Position numbers and translations under genes: made by a program | Origin: a virus | Virus record (IMG/VR): IMGVR_UViG_3300037467_001050 | Span: 1 to 64,000 of that record | Length of the DNA: 64,000 nucleotides | Strand: one strand, 5' to 3' | In this document: positions 9,634 through 19,293 of the stretch, piece after piece | Layout of the letters: each line of letters begins with the position of its first letter | Numbering within the stretch: position 1 is the first letter of the stretch | Notes under the pieces: model-generated | What the model saw: the letters and a program-made list of their open reading frames with translations, nothing else | What the model was told of the DNA's origin: nothing | Database searches by the model: none

Positions 9634-10038
9634 TCAGCTCGCCTGGAGTTCCGCGATCCGCTTGAGGATGTCGTCCTTCGACATGCTGGAGAGCGCCGCC
9701 TCTTCCTTGCTCGCCAGCACCTCCGTGAGCTTCTTGAGCTCCGCGCTCCGCTCGGCCGCAGCCGCAGCGTCATGCTGCGCCTTCAACTTCACGGCGATGA
9801 TGTGCTTGAGGATCTCGAGCTTGAGCTCGAGATCCGGCTTGCGCGGATCGGGCTTGATGGCGACGAAGGACTCCTCCGTCACGCCCTTCAGCTCCGAGTT
9901 CACGCCCCGGGCGATCTGGTCGAGGTTGAAGGCGTTGGTGCTCGTGAGCGGCAGATCCCAGAGCTGCTCGGTGGTCAGGTCGCCCTTGGGCGAGGAGAAG
10001 CGCAGCTTCTTGCGGGAGGCTTGCTCGAACATGTTCAT
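9634..10038 (-). CDS. Conserved phage hypothetical protein
   Basis: MFEQASRKKLRF.SPKGDLTTEQLWDLPL; coupled to the 692-aa gene. Confidence 0.75.
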   Translation of the reverse strand: MNMFEQASRKKLRFSSPKGDLTTEQLWDLPLTSTNAFNLDQIARGVNSELKGVTEESFVAIKPDPRKPDLELKLEILKHIIAVKLKAQHDAAAAAERSAELKKLTEVLASKEEAALSSMSKDDILKRIAELQAS

Positions 10039-10049
10039 GATTGTGCTCC

Positions 10050-12128
10050 TCAGAACTGGATGGCGAACGACTTGTTGAGGCGGTTGCCCTTGACCACGAC
10101 CGTCGCCTTGTCGTGGCGGGTGGACGAGAACCCGACGCCAGAGAGCTGCTCCGTCGTGACGGGGCATTTCGACTTGGCGCCGAGAACCTCGAAGACCTTC
10201 CGGTGCGGCTCGAGTTCGCCCTTCAGGTATTCGTTGTAGATCCCGCGCGTCGGCTCGGGGTTGAGGCAGTCCTTCAGGATGAAGAACCAGTGCTTGTTGC
10301 CGATCTCCTGGCCGTCCCAGTGGTTCGGGCTGGCGAGAAGCGTGTTGACCGGCACGAGCGTCTGCGTATCGACGCCCCACTTCTTCTGGCTCGACGAGGT
10401 GGTCGGATGCAGGTGGCGGATCGAGAAGACGCCGTTCTTCAGCGTCACCACGGCGAGCGTCACCCACTCCTTGTTCTTGAGCGGCTGCGGGTGCTCGTAC
10501 TGGAAGACCTGCCCGGCGAACTCGATCTCGGCCTTGAAGCCTGAATTCGTCGGCGCGCGGAGCGCCCAGTTGTGGATCTTCATCACGTAGTCGCCCTCAG
10601 GCATGCGCCGGAGGTCTGGGAACGTGATGTTCTCGACCGGGATGTAGCCGGCCGGCGCCGCCGAGGTGTAGTCGACGTCCTGCACGCCGCCCGAGGAGAG
10701 GTCCTTGCGCCGGTTCCAGCCGACGCGCCGATCGTTCCCGTATCGGTCATTGGTCTCCGTCGCGGCGCTCGGGTTCTTCGTGAACTCGTGGCCCGGCATG
10801 AAGACGTGCAGGTCCATCAGGCTGGCGTTGCGCCCGGTGTCGTTCCACTGGTGGGTGAAGCGGAGAACGCCATCGACGCGCCCGCCGCGGGACTGGACGC
10901 GCTGGCGCATCGAGTCCGCCATCTCGCCGTCGTAGGACCACGCGAAACCGTTGTTCCACTTGAAGAGCTGGCCGGCATCGGGGTGGACCGGAGCGGTCAG
11001 GCTCATGAAGTTGCCGAGATGGCTGTTTTCCACGAGCAGCTCGATCGAGGACGCCCGCGGCACGATGCGATCGAGGAACTCCTCCATCGAGATCGGCTCG
11101 GCATCCTTGATGTCGACCGTCGCAGGCTTGACGCTGTCCGCGAGCAGCCCGGCGATGCCGCCCTTCATCTGGCCGCGAACCGTGTTGTCGACGAACAGGA
11201 CGTTGTTGACCGACACGTCGGACAGTCGCGCGAAGCGCCGCTCGATAGCGCTCTCGAGCCCGAGCTTGTTGAGCGTCGCGACCGCGTCGTCGACCATCTT
11301 CTGGGTGATGAGGGCGGTCGGCCTCTTATAGTTCTCGGGCGCGACCTTCGTCTCGAACGACCGGACGGCCTTCTCCAGCTCGACCCCGTCCGACAGGTCG
11401 GTGACCAGGGTGCCGATGGCCGTGTTGCGGAACCGGGCCGCCGGGCTGTCGAAGTTCGCCCAGGCGAACAGGCTGCGCGCCTCGTCGGAGTTGAGCGCGA
11501 GGTAGCCCCGCTGCAGCTCCCGGAAGCCGGCCACCGCCTTGCGGAACTCGGCGCCGCGATAGATGGCGTTGCTGTCGATCAGGTCGAGGACGGTGTCGAA
11601 GGCCGACGTGGTCAGCTCGACCAAGCCGCGCTCAAACACCTTCACGGTCGTGTTGATCTCGCCGCGATCCTTCTCGGGCGTCGCCGAGTAGTGGCGCTTG
11701 GCGACATATCCCCAGAAGTGGTCCCAGCGGTGGGTGGTGCCGTCGCGCAACTCGAGCGTGTTCTCGGTGCCGAACTTGTTCTCCTTGGTCCGGAACACCG
11801 AGGCGATCGTCTTCGAGCGGATGTGCGCGTCGAGGCGCTCCGCCACCACATCGTAGGGATGCGGCAGGTCCTTGAGATCCCAGACCGTCTGCATGACGCC
11901 ATCGACGATCGCGACGACCCGTCCGAGGTTGCGGATGAACTGCTTGTCGATTGATCCGTCGTGGTAGGTCCGGGTCCGGAAGATCGGGTTCGTGCCCTCC
12001 GGGAAGCTGGAAAGATAGAACTCGAAGATGTCGGGGAACTCGACGACGAACAGCTCGCTCTTTGCCAGCTTCTCGTAGCGAGCGTGGACGGCGTTTGCGA
12101 AGGACTTGAAGGGATCAGCGTTGCTCAT
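10050..12128 (-). CDS. Large conserved phage protein with YfaP/DUF2135-like central domain
   Basis: 692 aa; MDLHVFMPG...GGVQDVD...PVENITF...GDY motif. Confidence 0.7.
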   Translation of the reverse strand: MSNADPFKSFANAVHARYEKLAKSELFVVEFPDIFEFYLSSFPEGTNPIFRTRTYHDGSIDKQFIRNLGRVVAIVDGVMQTVWDLKDLPHPYDVVAERLDAHIRSKTIASVFRTKENKFGTENTLELRDGTTHRWDHFWGYVAKRHYSATPEKDRGEINTTVKVFERGLVELTTSAFDTVLDLIDSNAIYRGAEFRKAVAGFRELQRGYLALNSDEARSLFAWANFDSPAARFRNTAIGTLVTDLSDGVELEKAVRSFETKVAPENYKRPTALITQKMVDDAVATLNKLGLESAIERRFARLSDVSVNNVLFVDNTVRGQMKGGIAGLLADSVKPATVDIKDAEPISMEEFLDRIVPRASSIELLVENSHLGNFMSLTAPVHPDAGQLFKWNNGFAWSYDGEMADSMRQRVQSRGGRVDGVLRFTHQWNDTGRNASLMDLHVFMPGHEFTKNPSAATETNDRYGNDRRVGWNRRKDLSSGGVQDVDYTSAAPAGYIPVENITFPDLRRMPEGDYVMKIHNWALRAPTNSGFKAEIEFAGQVFQYEHPQPLKNKEWVTLAVVTLKNGVFSIRHLHPTTSSSQKKWGVDTQTLVPVNTLLASPNHWDGQEIGNKHWFFILKDCLNPEPTRGIYNEYLKGELEPHRKVFEVLGAKSKCPVTTEQLSGVGFSSTRHDKATVVVKGNRLNKSFAIQF

Positions 12129-12207
12129 TCACTCGTTCCTTTGAATTCATGCAAGCGAGTGGGCAGCACGAAGCCGCATGCCCGGGCGCATGGGTGGTGT
12201 CGGTAGG

Positions 12208-12375
12208 TCAGGCCTTGGGCGGGAAGGCATCGAGGACCGGGATCCCGCCCGGGATAGGGCACTCGATCCGGGTGATCTCGACCCCGTAGCAGCGCGGCGG
12301 GGCTGACCTGGGCTTCGGCCGCGCGTCAGACTTTCGCCGCGAGAGGAGCGCGGCGATCTTGGTTAGCAGCTTCAT
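12208..12375 (-). CDS. Small 55-aa ORF not in the ORF track
   Basis: ATG directly follows a 14-bp motif copy whose AGGA could act as SD; MKLLTKIAALL... Confidence 0.4.
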   Translation of the reverse strand: MKLLTKIAALLSRRKSDARPKPRSAPPRCYGVEITRIECPIPGGIPVLDAFPPKA

Positions 12376-12396
12376 TTGCATTCCTGCAAGTGGCGA

Positions 12397-12882
12397 TCAG
12401 GCCGCGAGGCGGCGGTAGGCCCGGTTCTGGTAGACGAGGGGCGAGCACGCCTCGTCGATGCGGTGGGCGATGATCTTGCCGACCATCACGACGCGGCCGG
12501 CGAGCTCGTTGCGGTCGAGCAGCTGGCAGTCGAGGCACATGGCGGCGTGCTGCAGGGTCGGGCAGCCGGTGTCGAGGTGATCCCAGCGTCCGAAGGCGAA
12601 GCGATCGACGCCGCTCACCCCGGTCCGGCCGGCGAACACGTCGGCGAGACCCTCGTCTTCCGCGCGGAGCATGTTCACACAGAAGGCGTCCGCCTCGCGC
12701 AGCCGGGCGGCCGAGCCGCTGTTGGCTGAGAACGAGACGATCACCGAGGGCGGATCGTCGCTGAAGGACGCGACCGAGGAGGCGGTCACGCCGATGCGCT
12801 CGATGCCGGTGCCCGTGGTCACGATGTGGACCGCGGCCGGCATCAGGGCCATGCAGGAGCGGAAGGCGGCGACGTCGATCAT
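12397..12882 (-). CDS. Flavin reductase-like protein (Flavin_Reduct/RutF-like)
   Basis: FRSCMALMPAAVHIVTT...GVTASSVASFSDDPPSV...FCVNML...LVYQNRAY. Confidence 0.9.
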   Translation of the reverse strand: MIDVAAFRSCMALMPAAVHIVTTGTGIERIGVTASSVASFSDDPPSVIVSFSANSGSAARLREADAFCVNMLRAEDEGLADVFAGRTGVSGVDRFAFGRWDHLDTGCPTLQHAAMCLDCQLLDRNELAGRVVMVGKIIAHRIDEACSPLVYQNRAYRRLAA

Positions 12883-12928
12883 GGGATGGGCTGTCCTTTC
12901 TGCTGAAGCTCGAAGATGACGGGGCGGC

Positions 12929-13150
12929 TCATCGTGCGCCTCCCCGTGGCTGTTGGCGGATGCGCGCCTTCTCGTATTCGGTGAGAGGGCGGTCCCATTC
13001 AGGGTTGGCGCCGCGGTACCAAGTCCAGCGCGGCGACTGGAGCCACTCGATCCGGCCGCCGCCGGTGTCCCAGCCGCCCCAGACCATCTCCTCCGGGTCC
13101 GCGCCGATGCTCTCGCAATAGGCGCGGGCCTCCTGTTCCTCTCTGCGCAT
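12929..13150 (-). CDS. Hypothetical protein
   Basis: 73-aa Trp-rich ORF in operon context. Confidence 0.5.
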   Translation of the reverse strand: MRREEQEARAYCESIGADPEEMVWGGWDTGGGRIEWLQSPRWTWYRGANPEWDRPLTEYEKARIRQQPRGGAR

Positions 13151-13157
13151 GACGGCC

Positions 13158-15359
13158 TCAGGCGGCGAGCAGGCGCGGCTGGGGAGCTTCGAGGACGATC
13201 GGCTCGCGGCCGTCGACCGTCAGCGTCAGCTTTGCGTCCGTCTCGACGAAGGCCACGCCGCGCCCTTCCGTGCCGGGGATCGGCGTCGTCGGCCGGTGGA
13301 CCATGCGGGTCGGCCCGGACCATTCCACCTTGCGGCAGAACACGACATCGTTCGCCCAGTCGGTGAAGGCCGAGCGCACCGCGATCACCGGGTCGTTTCG
13401 GCCCTCGCGGCGGTTGCGCATCAGCACCGGCGCCGCGATGTGGATCACGAACGCCCCGAGGATCGGATTGAACATCGGAGCGATCGGCCGGGCTTCGGCC
13501 GTGAGCACCTCCAGGGGCTGGCCGTCGAGCCAGCGGGTCAGCGGCCCGTCGGTCTCGATCCAGTTCTGGATGTCGGTGCCCTCGATCTTGAGGAACTCGT
13601 GGTGGACGAACCGGGAAGGTCCGTCCCACGCGAGCTCGCGGGCCATCAGCGTCTCGTCGATCTTGCGCAGCCGGCGCACGGCGACCACGGGGTCGTGCCG
13701 GCCCTGTGCCTTGTTGGCCAGGATCGTGGGCACGTCGACGTGGATCAGGAACTCGCCGCGCACCGCCGAGACGGGGGTGGCGGTTTCCGGGGCCGGCACG
13801 ATGTCGACGACCCGGTTGTTGTCGATCCACCAAACGGCGCCATTCTTGCCCTCATAGTCGATGGCGATGCGACGGCGGTCGAAGCCGTAGGTCTCCGTCA
13901 CCTTGAAGGTGCCGGCCGGGTGATCGATGCCGGCCTCGAGCTTCACCCAGTCACCCACCTTGGCGCGCTTCCAGGCCGGTTCCTCGACGACCGCGGGAAC
14001 GGGCGCCGGCTCACCGGCCTTCCGGACGATCGCCTTGATATGGTTGTTTTGGATCCACATCCGGCTCCCGTCCTTGCTGTCCTTCACCCGTAGGCGACTG
14101 CCATTGCCGCCTCTGGTCGAGACGACCTTGTGCTCTCCATTCGCGACCCAGCTGCTTTCCTCGACGCGGACGATGTCCCCGATCTCGGCCAGCTCGTAGG
14201 GCTCCTTCTTCGGCTCGACAGCGACGATGTGGTCGTTGCGGATCCAGCGCTTGAGGCCGTCCAGAGCGCTCACGACGCGGACCTGCCTGTGGCCTCGGCT
14301 CCGGTCGACCTCGACGACCTCATGGTCGCCGTCCTCGACCAAGGTGCTGCCATTCACGGTGACGCGACCGCCGACCTCCGCCAGCTCGTAGGGCTTCTTC
14401 TCGGTGACCGTGACCGCGGTCGAGGCGGTCCCACCGAAAGGCTTGCCATCTCGCTCGATGATCGCCTTGACGGTCTTGTTCTGGACCCAGCCGTGACCCT
14501 TCAGGCGAACGCCGATCCGATCCGGTCCGCCGGTGAGGGCGTGATCGGTGCGACCGACCTCATACGTTCCATCGTCGACGATACTAGAGCCCTCGATGCG
14601 GACTTTGTCTCCCGCGAGCACCTGCTCCCAGACCGGGCGGGTGTCGGCGGTGGTGTAGGGCCTGCCGTCCCGCTCGACGATCGCCGTCACGGCCTTGTTG
14701 TAGATCCAGATGGTCTCGCCATCTCTGTTCTCGACGAGGATAGCTGCGAGATCACCATCCCTGGCGGTGTCGTTGCCCTCGTCGACCTGGATGACCTTGT
14801 AGGTCCCATCCGAGATGTCCGGATCGTCCTCGACCTGAACGCGATCGCCGTCCTTGACCAGCTGCCACAACTGGCGATCAGCCTCATTCTCGTAGGGCTT
14901 GCCGTCGCGCTCGAGGATCGCCAGCAGCTTGTGCTCAGGGATCCAGCCGGCAGCGAGTCCGTCCTGCGAGACCAGGAAACGCAGGCCGTGTATCGGCTGA
15001 TCGAAGGTGTCGATGTCGGCTACGGTGTACTTGCCGGCCGCACGGGCGATGGACAACCCGGACATCTCCTTGGTCAGCTCCTTGGAGAGCGTCCGGGCGA
15101 CCTCGACTATGTCACCGCGACGCACATCGCGCCAGTTCACGGCGGCGTAGGGCTTGCCGTCGCGCTCAACGATGGCCTCGACGGAGTCGTTCCTGAGGTA
15201 AATGCCGCCAATCGCGGTGGTGTAGATGCCGACTGCGTCCGCGCCGCGCCTCAGATCGCTGTCGGTGTAGGCCACCTCGTAGGTGCCGGCGGGCACGTCG
15301 TCATATGCCTTCACCTTCACCTTGTCGCCAGCAAGAACCTGTTCCCAAAGAGGCTTCAT
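13158..15359 (-). CDS. Repeat protein: 7 SH3/KOW-like repeats plus 2 copies of a C-terminal domain
   Basis: Repeated W/Y..V..GD.V.V...G.Y.V...WI.N..V.AIVERDGKPY units; GAAAGG RBS before ATG 15359. Confidence 0.75.
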   Translation of the reverse strand: MKPLWEQVLAGDKVKVKAYDDVPAGTYEVAYTDSDLRRGADAVGIYTTAIGGIYLRNDSVEAIVERDGKPYAAVNWRDVRRGDIVEVARTLSKELTKEMSGLSIARAAGKYTVADIDTFDQPIHGLRFLVSQDGLAAGWIPEHKLLAILERDGKPYENEADRQLWQLVKDGDRVQVEDDPDISDGTYKVIQVDEGNDTARDGDLAAILVENRDGETIWIYNKAVTAIVERDGRPYTTADTRPVWEQVLAGDKVRIEGSSIVDDGTYEVGRTDHALTGGPDRIGVRLKGHGWVQNKTVKAIIERDGKPFGGTASTAVTVTEKKPYELAEVGGRVTVNGSTLVEDGDHEVVEVDRSRGHRQVRVVSALDGLKRWIRNDHIVAVEPKKEPYELAEIGDIVRVEESSWVANGEHKVVSTRGGNGSRLRVKDSKDGSRMWIQNNHIKAIVRKAGEPAPVPAVVEEPAWKRAKVGDWVKLEAGIDHPAGTFKVTETYGFDRRRIAIDYEGKNGAVWWIDNNRVVDIVPAPETATPVSAVRGEFLIHVDVPTILANKAQGRHDPVVAVRRLRKIDETLMARELAWDGPSRFVHHEFLKIEGTDIQNWIETDGPLTRWLDGQPLEVLTAEARPIAPMFNPILGAFVIHIAAPVLMRNRREGRNDPVIAVRSAFTDWANDVVFCRKVEWSGPTRMVHRPTTPIPGTEGRGVAFVETDAKLTLTVDGREPIVLEAPQPRLLAA

Positions 15360-15439
15360 CGTCGTCACCTTTCTGCGTCGGATCTGGTTTGCAATCTTTC
15401 CCACCATTGGCATTCCTGCAAACGGTAGGCAAGCGGAAT

Positions 15440-15811
15440 TCAAGCGGCGAGGGGCCGCTCGTGTCGGTAGCGCTGGGGCTTCGGCGCCTCGTACCAGAAG
15501 GCCACGCGGGGCGGCTCCTCGAAGGCGACCAACACCAGGGGATCGGCGTCGCGGTAGCGGCGGGCGGCCTTCTTCAGGGTCTCGCCGCTCTCGCGGGCCG
15601 TGTCGATGATGAGCGCCCGGCCGAGGTGGACCGGAGGCTCGGCGCCGAACGGGATGAACGGCACAGCCAGGATGTGTGAAGCGTAGACGGCCGCCACCGC
15701 GCCGGATCGCCCGGGCCCGGTGACGAAGCCGACCGCGTCGGTGTCAGCCGCCGCTAGGACGGCGCGCAGCCGCTCCTGAAACTCAGGCTCGGAGACGATG
15801 CGGATTGTCAT
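15440..15811 (-). CDS. Phosphoribosyltransferase-like protein
   Basis: GPGRSGAVAA and ALIIDTARESGET (PRPP-binding-loop-like). Confidence 0.7.
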   Translation of the reverse strand: MTIRIVSEPEFQERLRAVLAAADTDAVGFVTGPGRSGAVAAVYASHILAVPFIPFGAEPPVHLGRALIIDTARESGETLKKAARRYRDADPLVLVAFEEPPRVAFWYEAPKPQRYRHERPLAA

Positions 15812-16001
15812 GCTGCCTCAGAGAGTTGAGCGGATTGGGTGTCAGAAACTGCCGTCTCGCGGATCAGGTCCGCTACTGTGCGATCTAGCGGGGCGTTCCA
15901 CGGGATCTGTTGGGCGACCCAGTCCTGCTCGGCCTGGGTGAGGTGGGCCGTGATCGGGCCGCGGCCGATGTAGGCCAGCAGCTCGCGAGCGCGCTCGGGC
16001 G

Positions 16002-16226
16002 TCATGGTGGCTCCTTCTCGTCGAGGTCGTTGCCGTTGAACCGGGCCAGAGGCTGGTGCTCGTCGCCATCAGCGAAGATCACGATGTCGCCGGGCCCGAT
16101 GTCGCGCTGGGCTCGGATGTCCCAGCGGCGATGAAAGAACCGCGGCCCGCCGAAGATCCGGTAGGCGTTCCAGTACCGATCGTCCCGGAAACCGACGTAG
16201 TGGACGCACCGCGGTTCGTCGGACAT
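16002..16226 (-). CDS. Conserved small phage protein
   Basis: VHYVGFRDDRYWNA.RIFGGP.F.HR.WD.RA pattern; overlapping start/stop. Confidence 0.6.
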   Translation of the reverse strand: MSDEPRCVHYVGFRDDRYWNAYRIFGGPRFFHRRWDIRAQRDIGPGDIVIFADGDEHQPLARFNGNDLDEKEPP

Positions 16227-16227
16227 C

Positions 16228-16566
16228 TCAGTTGCGCTCGATGATGCCGGCGACTTCGGTCCCGTCCTTGCCGAACATGGTCCACATGGTGGAGCAGCCG
16301 ACCTTCGTGTCGCGCTTGAGCACGTTCACGTAGAGCTGGCCCTTCAACATCTGCCCGCTGTTGGCCGCGATCGTCTTGACGTTGACGCCCATGCCGTCGA
16401 GCGCGGCCATGACCATCATCATGTTGGGCTGCATGCCCGGGCAGAAGTCCTTCACGAACGCCGCGACGGCGACGAGCTTGACGGCGTTGTCCATCATGTC
16501 GTCGGCCCGGGCGGGCGCGGCGATGAGGGCGGCGAAGGCGGTGGCGGTGAGAATGATCTTCTTCAT
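16228..16566 (-). CDS. Secreted two-cysteine protein
   Basis: MKKIILTATAFAALIAAPARA signal; paralog of 6107-6517. Confidence 0.7.
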   Translation of the reverse strand: MKKIILTATAFAALIAAPARADDMMDNAVKLVAVAAFVKDFCPGMQPNMMMVMAALDGMGVNVKTIAANSGQMLKGQLYVNVLKRDTKVGCSTMWTMFGKDGTEVAGIIERN

Positions 16567-16612
16567 GTCAGGTCTCCGTTTGCATTCCTGCAAGTGAATG
16601 GGCCCGGCTCCA

Positions 16613-17080
16613 CTATTCGGAGGCCAGGATCTCCTTGATCGACGTGTTGGCGACGAAGCCGAAGTAATCGTCCTCCGACTCCACGTAGATGCGCTTGTCG
16701 ATGTCGCCGTTGTCGACATCCCCGACGGTGTACTCACCATCCGGTGCATCCTCGTCTCCCTCGACACGCACACGATCGCCGGGCTTGACGATCAGCACGC
16801 GGGTCGCATCCGGCTCGCGGAGCGCCTTCTGGCGCCACGCCTCCGGCAGGGCTTCACCGTCGACGGTCAGCGCGTCTTCGGAGATGCTCACCCGGCCGTC
16901 CGAGGCCTCGGAGACGGCCACCCGGACGTCGACCAGCTTGATCAGCCGGTCTTCGTCCTGGCAGCCGCCGACGAGCAGCTCGCGGACCTTGCCGAAGTTC
17001 GGGTGATCCGAGGCGAGGGACCAAGGCTGGCCCCGCGCCACGAAGATCACGGACGAGTTGGTGGCGTCGTAGGCGATCAT
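16613..17080 (-). CDS. rIIB N-terminal-like region fused to one SH3-like repeat
   Basis: Directly downstream of rIIA; SDHPNFGKVRELL motif; C-terminus matches repeats of 13158-15359. Confidence 0.6.
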   Translation of the reverse strand: MIAYDATNSSVIFVARGQPWSLASDHPNFGKVRELLVGGCQDEDRLIKLVDVRVAVSEASDGRVSISEDALTVDGEALPEAWRQKALREPDATRVLIVKPGDRVRVEGDEDAPDGEYTVGDVDNGDIDKRIYVESEDDYFGFVANTSIKEILASE

Positions 17081-19293
17081 GCTGCCTCCGCGAGGACATC
17101 GTCGTCCTCCAGCTGGTCGGTCTCGGCTGCCGTGGCGGGTTCCTCGACGGCCGGGGCGTAGGACAGGAGCTGCAGGTAGTATTCGAGCTGCCCGCTCTTC
17201 TCCTGGCGATCCCAGTTGTACCCGCTCGACGGGATGACGTAGTGCAGGAGCGGGTACTTCTTCCTGAGGTCGTCCCAGCGCTTGCCGATCGCCTCGATCG
17301 GGCACTCGAACTCGGGCACCTCGAAGGGCCGGCCGAGCGCCTTGAGCGCGGAGATCGCCAAATCCGTCGGCTGCGTGACGGTCTCGTTGCCGGACAGCCT
17401 CTGAAAGAGTGCCGTCAGGTCGAGGTCGAACTGCCTCAGATCCGCCGGGCCGCCCTCGAACGAGACGTGCTCGGCGATGATGCGCAGCGTCCGGTCCATG
17501 TTGTAGGTGGTCTTGTTGTTGAGACCGGAGAGGTGTCGGACGTTCACCTTGCGCTTCAGGCGCCGCTCGACCTTCTTTCCGAGCGGGATCCAGTTGTCCC
17601 CGAGCTCGTCGCTGTCGGCCTTCAGGAGGATGGGCGTGTCCAGCTCCAGGAGCTCGAGGTCGAAGCAGTTCTTCACAGCCCTGTCGAGGTCTCCCCACTC
17701 CACCGCGGTGCCGTCGGCGAACACCTGGTAGGTCGGATCGGCTCGGCGCCGCCGGTAGTAGTTGAGCGGCTCACCCTTGTGTTCGACGACGTAGAGGCCG
17801 CCGGCTGCGAGGTCGATCTCCTGCGTCATGCGATGCAGGCCGTGCCGCCTGACCACGAGCGTCCGCCGGTTGCGGATCATCTTGCGGGTCTTCTCACGAG
17901 GAGCCGCATCGACCTTGGTGTCATCGAGGACCGTGTACTCGGGGTTTCCGAGCATGGCCAACGCCTCGTCGAGCTGGTCCTTCTTCACCCGCACCCACAG
18001 GAGGTGCTTGCCGACAAGGCCGGCGGCGTCGAAGCGCTCCATCGAGTAGTAGGGCCGGTGCTCGACCACGACCTGTGCGCCCTTGAGGTAGGCCGGACGG
18101 GCAGGCTGGTTGGAGAACTTGTCGAAGGTCCGCCAGCCCTCGTTGAGGTGCATGAACTTGCACACCTCCGAGTTCTGGATGCTCTCGCGCATGGCGTGAC
18201 CCTGCCAGCGGATGAGGGGCCGCAGCCGCGCGGTCCGGTTGCCGAGGCGGCGCGCCTCCTGTTCGAAGACCGTGCAGGCCTCGAAGTAGGTGGTCGCCGC
18301 CGTGACCCGCTCCTGCACGGTGTCCGCCACCGCCGAGGCGAAGGTGGAGATCAGGGTGCTGAGCGTCGCCACGGTGCGCTCGTCGTAGGCCAGACCCTCG
18401 CGGGACAGGGTCACGCTGAGCGTACCGATGCCGGCGTCGAACAGGACCGGCTCATTGGCGTCGAGCAGGCCGCGGGCACCCTCGATCTGGTTGAGATCGA
18501 TCGGGTAGGTGACGCAGCCCATCCGGACCTGCGGGCCGTGGAACGGCAGGCGCGGGCCACTTCCGAACGGCGAGGTGGAGCCGCCGTAATAGGTCCAGCC
18601 CTCACCGCTCGCGAGCACCTCGTTCTCGGGCCACTCGAACTCGGGCGTGATCCGCGGCCGGGGGTCGAACGACCACAGGATGGTGCGCGCCCGGTTGTGG
18701 AAGGTCTGGATGTCCTCGCGCCGGACGTCAAACGAGACCTCGAGCCCGGTTTCCTCGGTCGTCTCCATGCTCATCAGCTCGCGCAGCACCGGCGTGCCGT
18801 TGCGGTTGATCGAGACGGTCCAGATCGTCTTCAGGCGCCGGCCGTCGGCCTCGTCGGCGATGCTGGTCACCCGGTAGGAGGCAGCACCCTCGCGGCCGAT
18901 CAGGTAGCCGAACGAGGAGAAGCGGCCGATGCCCCAGCCGCCGACCTCGTCTGACGACTCCCGCTTGGTCGAGGCGTACATCTGGCCGTAGACCGTCTCC
19001 ATCAGCTCGTGGTTCATGCCGAACCCGTAGTCGCGCACCCGGAAGATCGGCGTGAGCGACGTGGGCAGCGTCAGCTCGGGACGGCGATCATCGGGAACGT
19101 CCGCGCCGTAGCGCGCCCGGGTGGCGTCCCAGGCGTTCGTGTTCAGCTCCCGCATGGGGTAGCCGACCTTGTCCTCCGCCAGACCGGAGATCTGGGCGTA
19201 GAAGGCGACCGCGTTGGCCTGGAAGCCGATCGCGATCTCACGGGTCGCTCCGGCGGTGGCGGCGTTCTCGTTTCCGAAGGTGGCGAGCTTCAT
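17077..19293 (-). CDS. rIIA: rIIA-like protein (GHKL ATPase N-terminus)
   Basis: RELNTNAWDA, RVRDYGFGM, YASTKRES...GGWGIGRFS, ETGLEVSF. Confidence 0.85.
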   Translation of the reverse strand: MKLATFGNENAATAGATREIAIGFQANAVAFYAQISGLAEDKVGYPMRELNTNAWDATRARYGADVPDDRRPELTLPTSLTPIFRVRDYGFGMNHELMETVYGQMYASTKRESSDEVGGWGIGRFSSFGYLIGREGAASYRVTSIADEADGRRLKTIWTVSINRNGTPVLRELMSMETTEETGLEVSFDVRREDIQTFHNRARTILWSFDPRPRITPEFEWPENEVLASGEGWTYYGGSTSPFGSGPRLPFHGPQVRMGCVTYPIDLNQIEGARGLLDANEPVLFDAGIGTLSVTLSREGLAYDERTVATLSTLISTFASAVADTVQERVTAATTYFEACTVFEQEARRLGNRTARLRPLIRWQGHAMRESIQNSEVCKFMHLNEGWRTFDKFSNQPARPAYLKGAQVVVEHRPYYSMERFDAAGLVGKHLLWVRVKKDQLDEALAMLGNPEYTVLDDTKVDAAPREKTRKMIRNRRTLVVRRHGLHRMTQEIDLAAGGLYVVEHKGEPLNYYRRRRADPTYQVFADGTAVEWGDLDRAVKNCFDLELLELDTPILLKADSDELGDNWIPLGKKVERRLKRKVNVRHLSGLNNKTTYNMDRTLRIIAEHVSFEGGPADLRQFDLDLTALFQRLSGNETVTQPTDLAISALKALGRPFEVPEFECPIEAIGKRWDDLRKKYPLLHYVIPSSGYNWDRQEKSGQLEYYLQLLSYAPAVEEPATAAETDQLEDDDVLAEAA

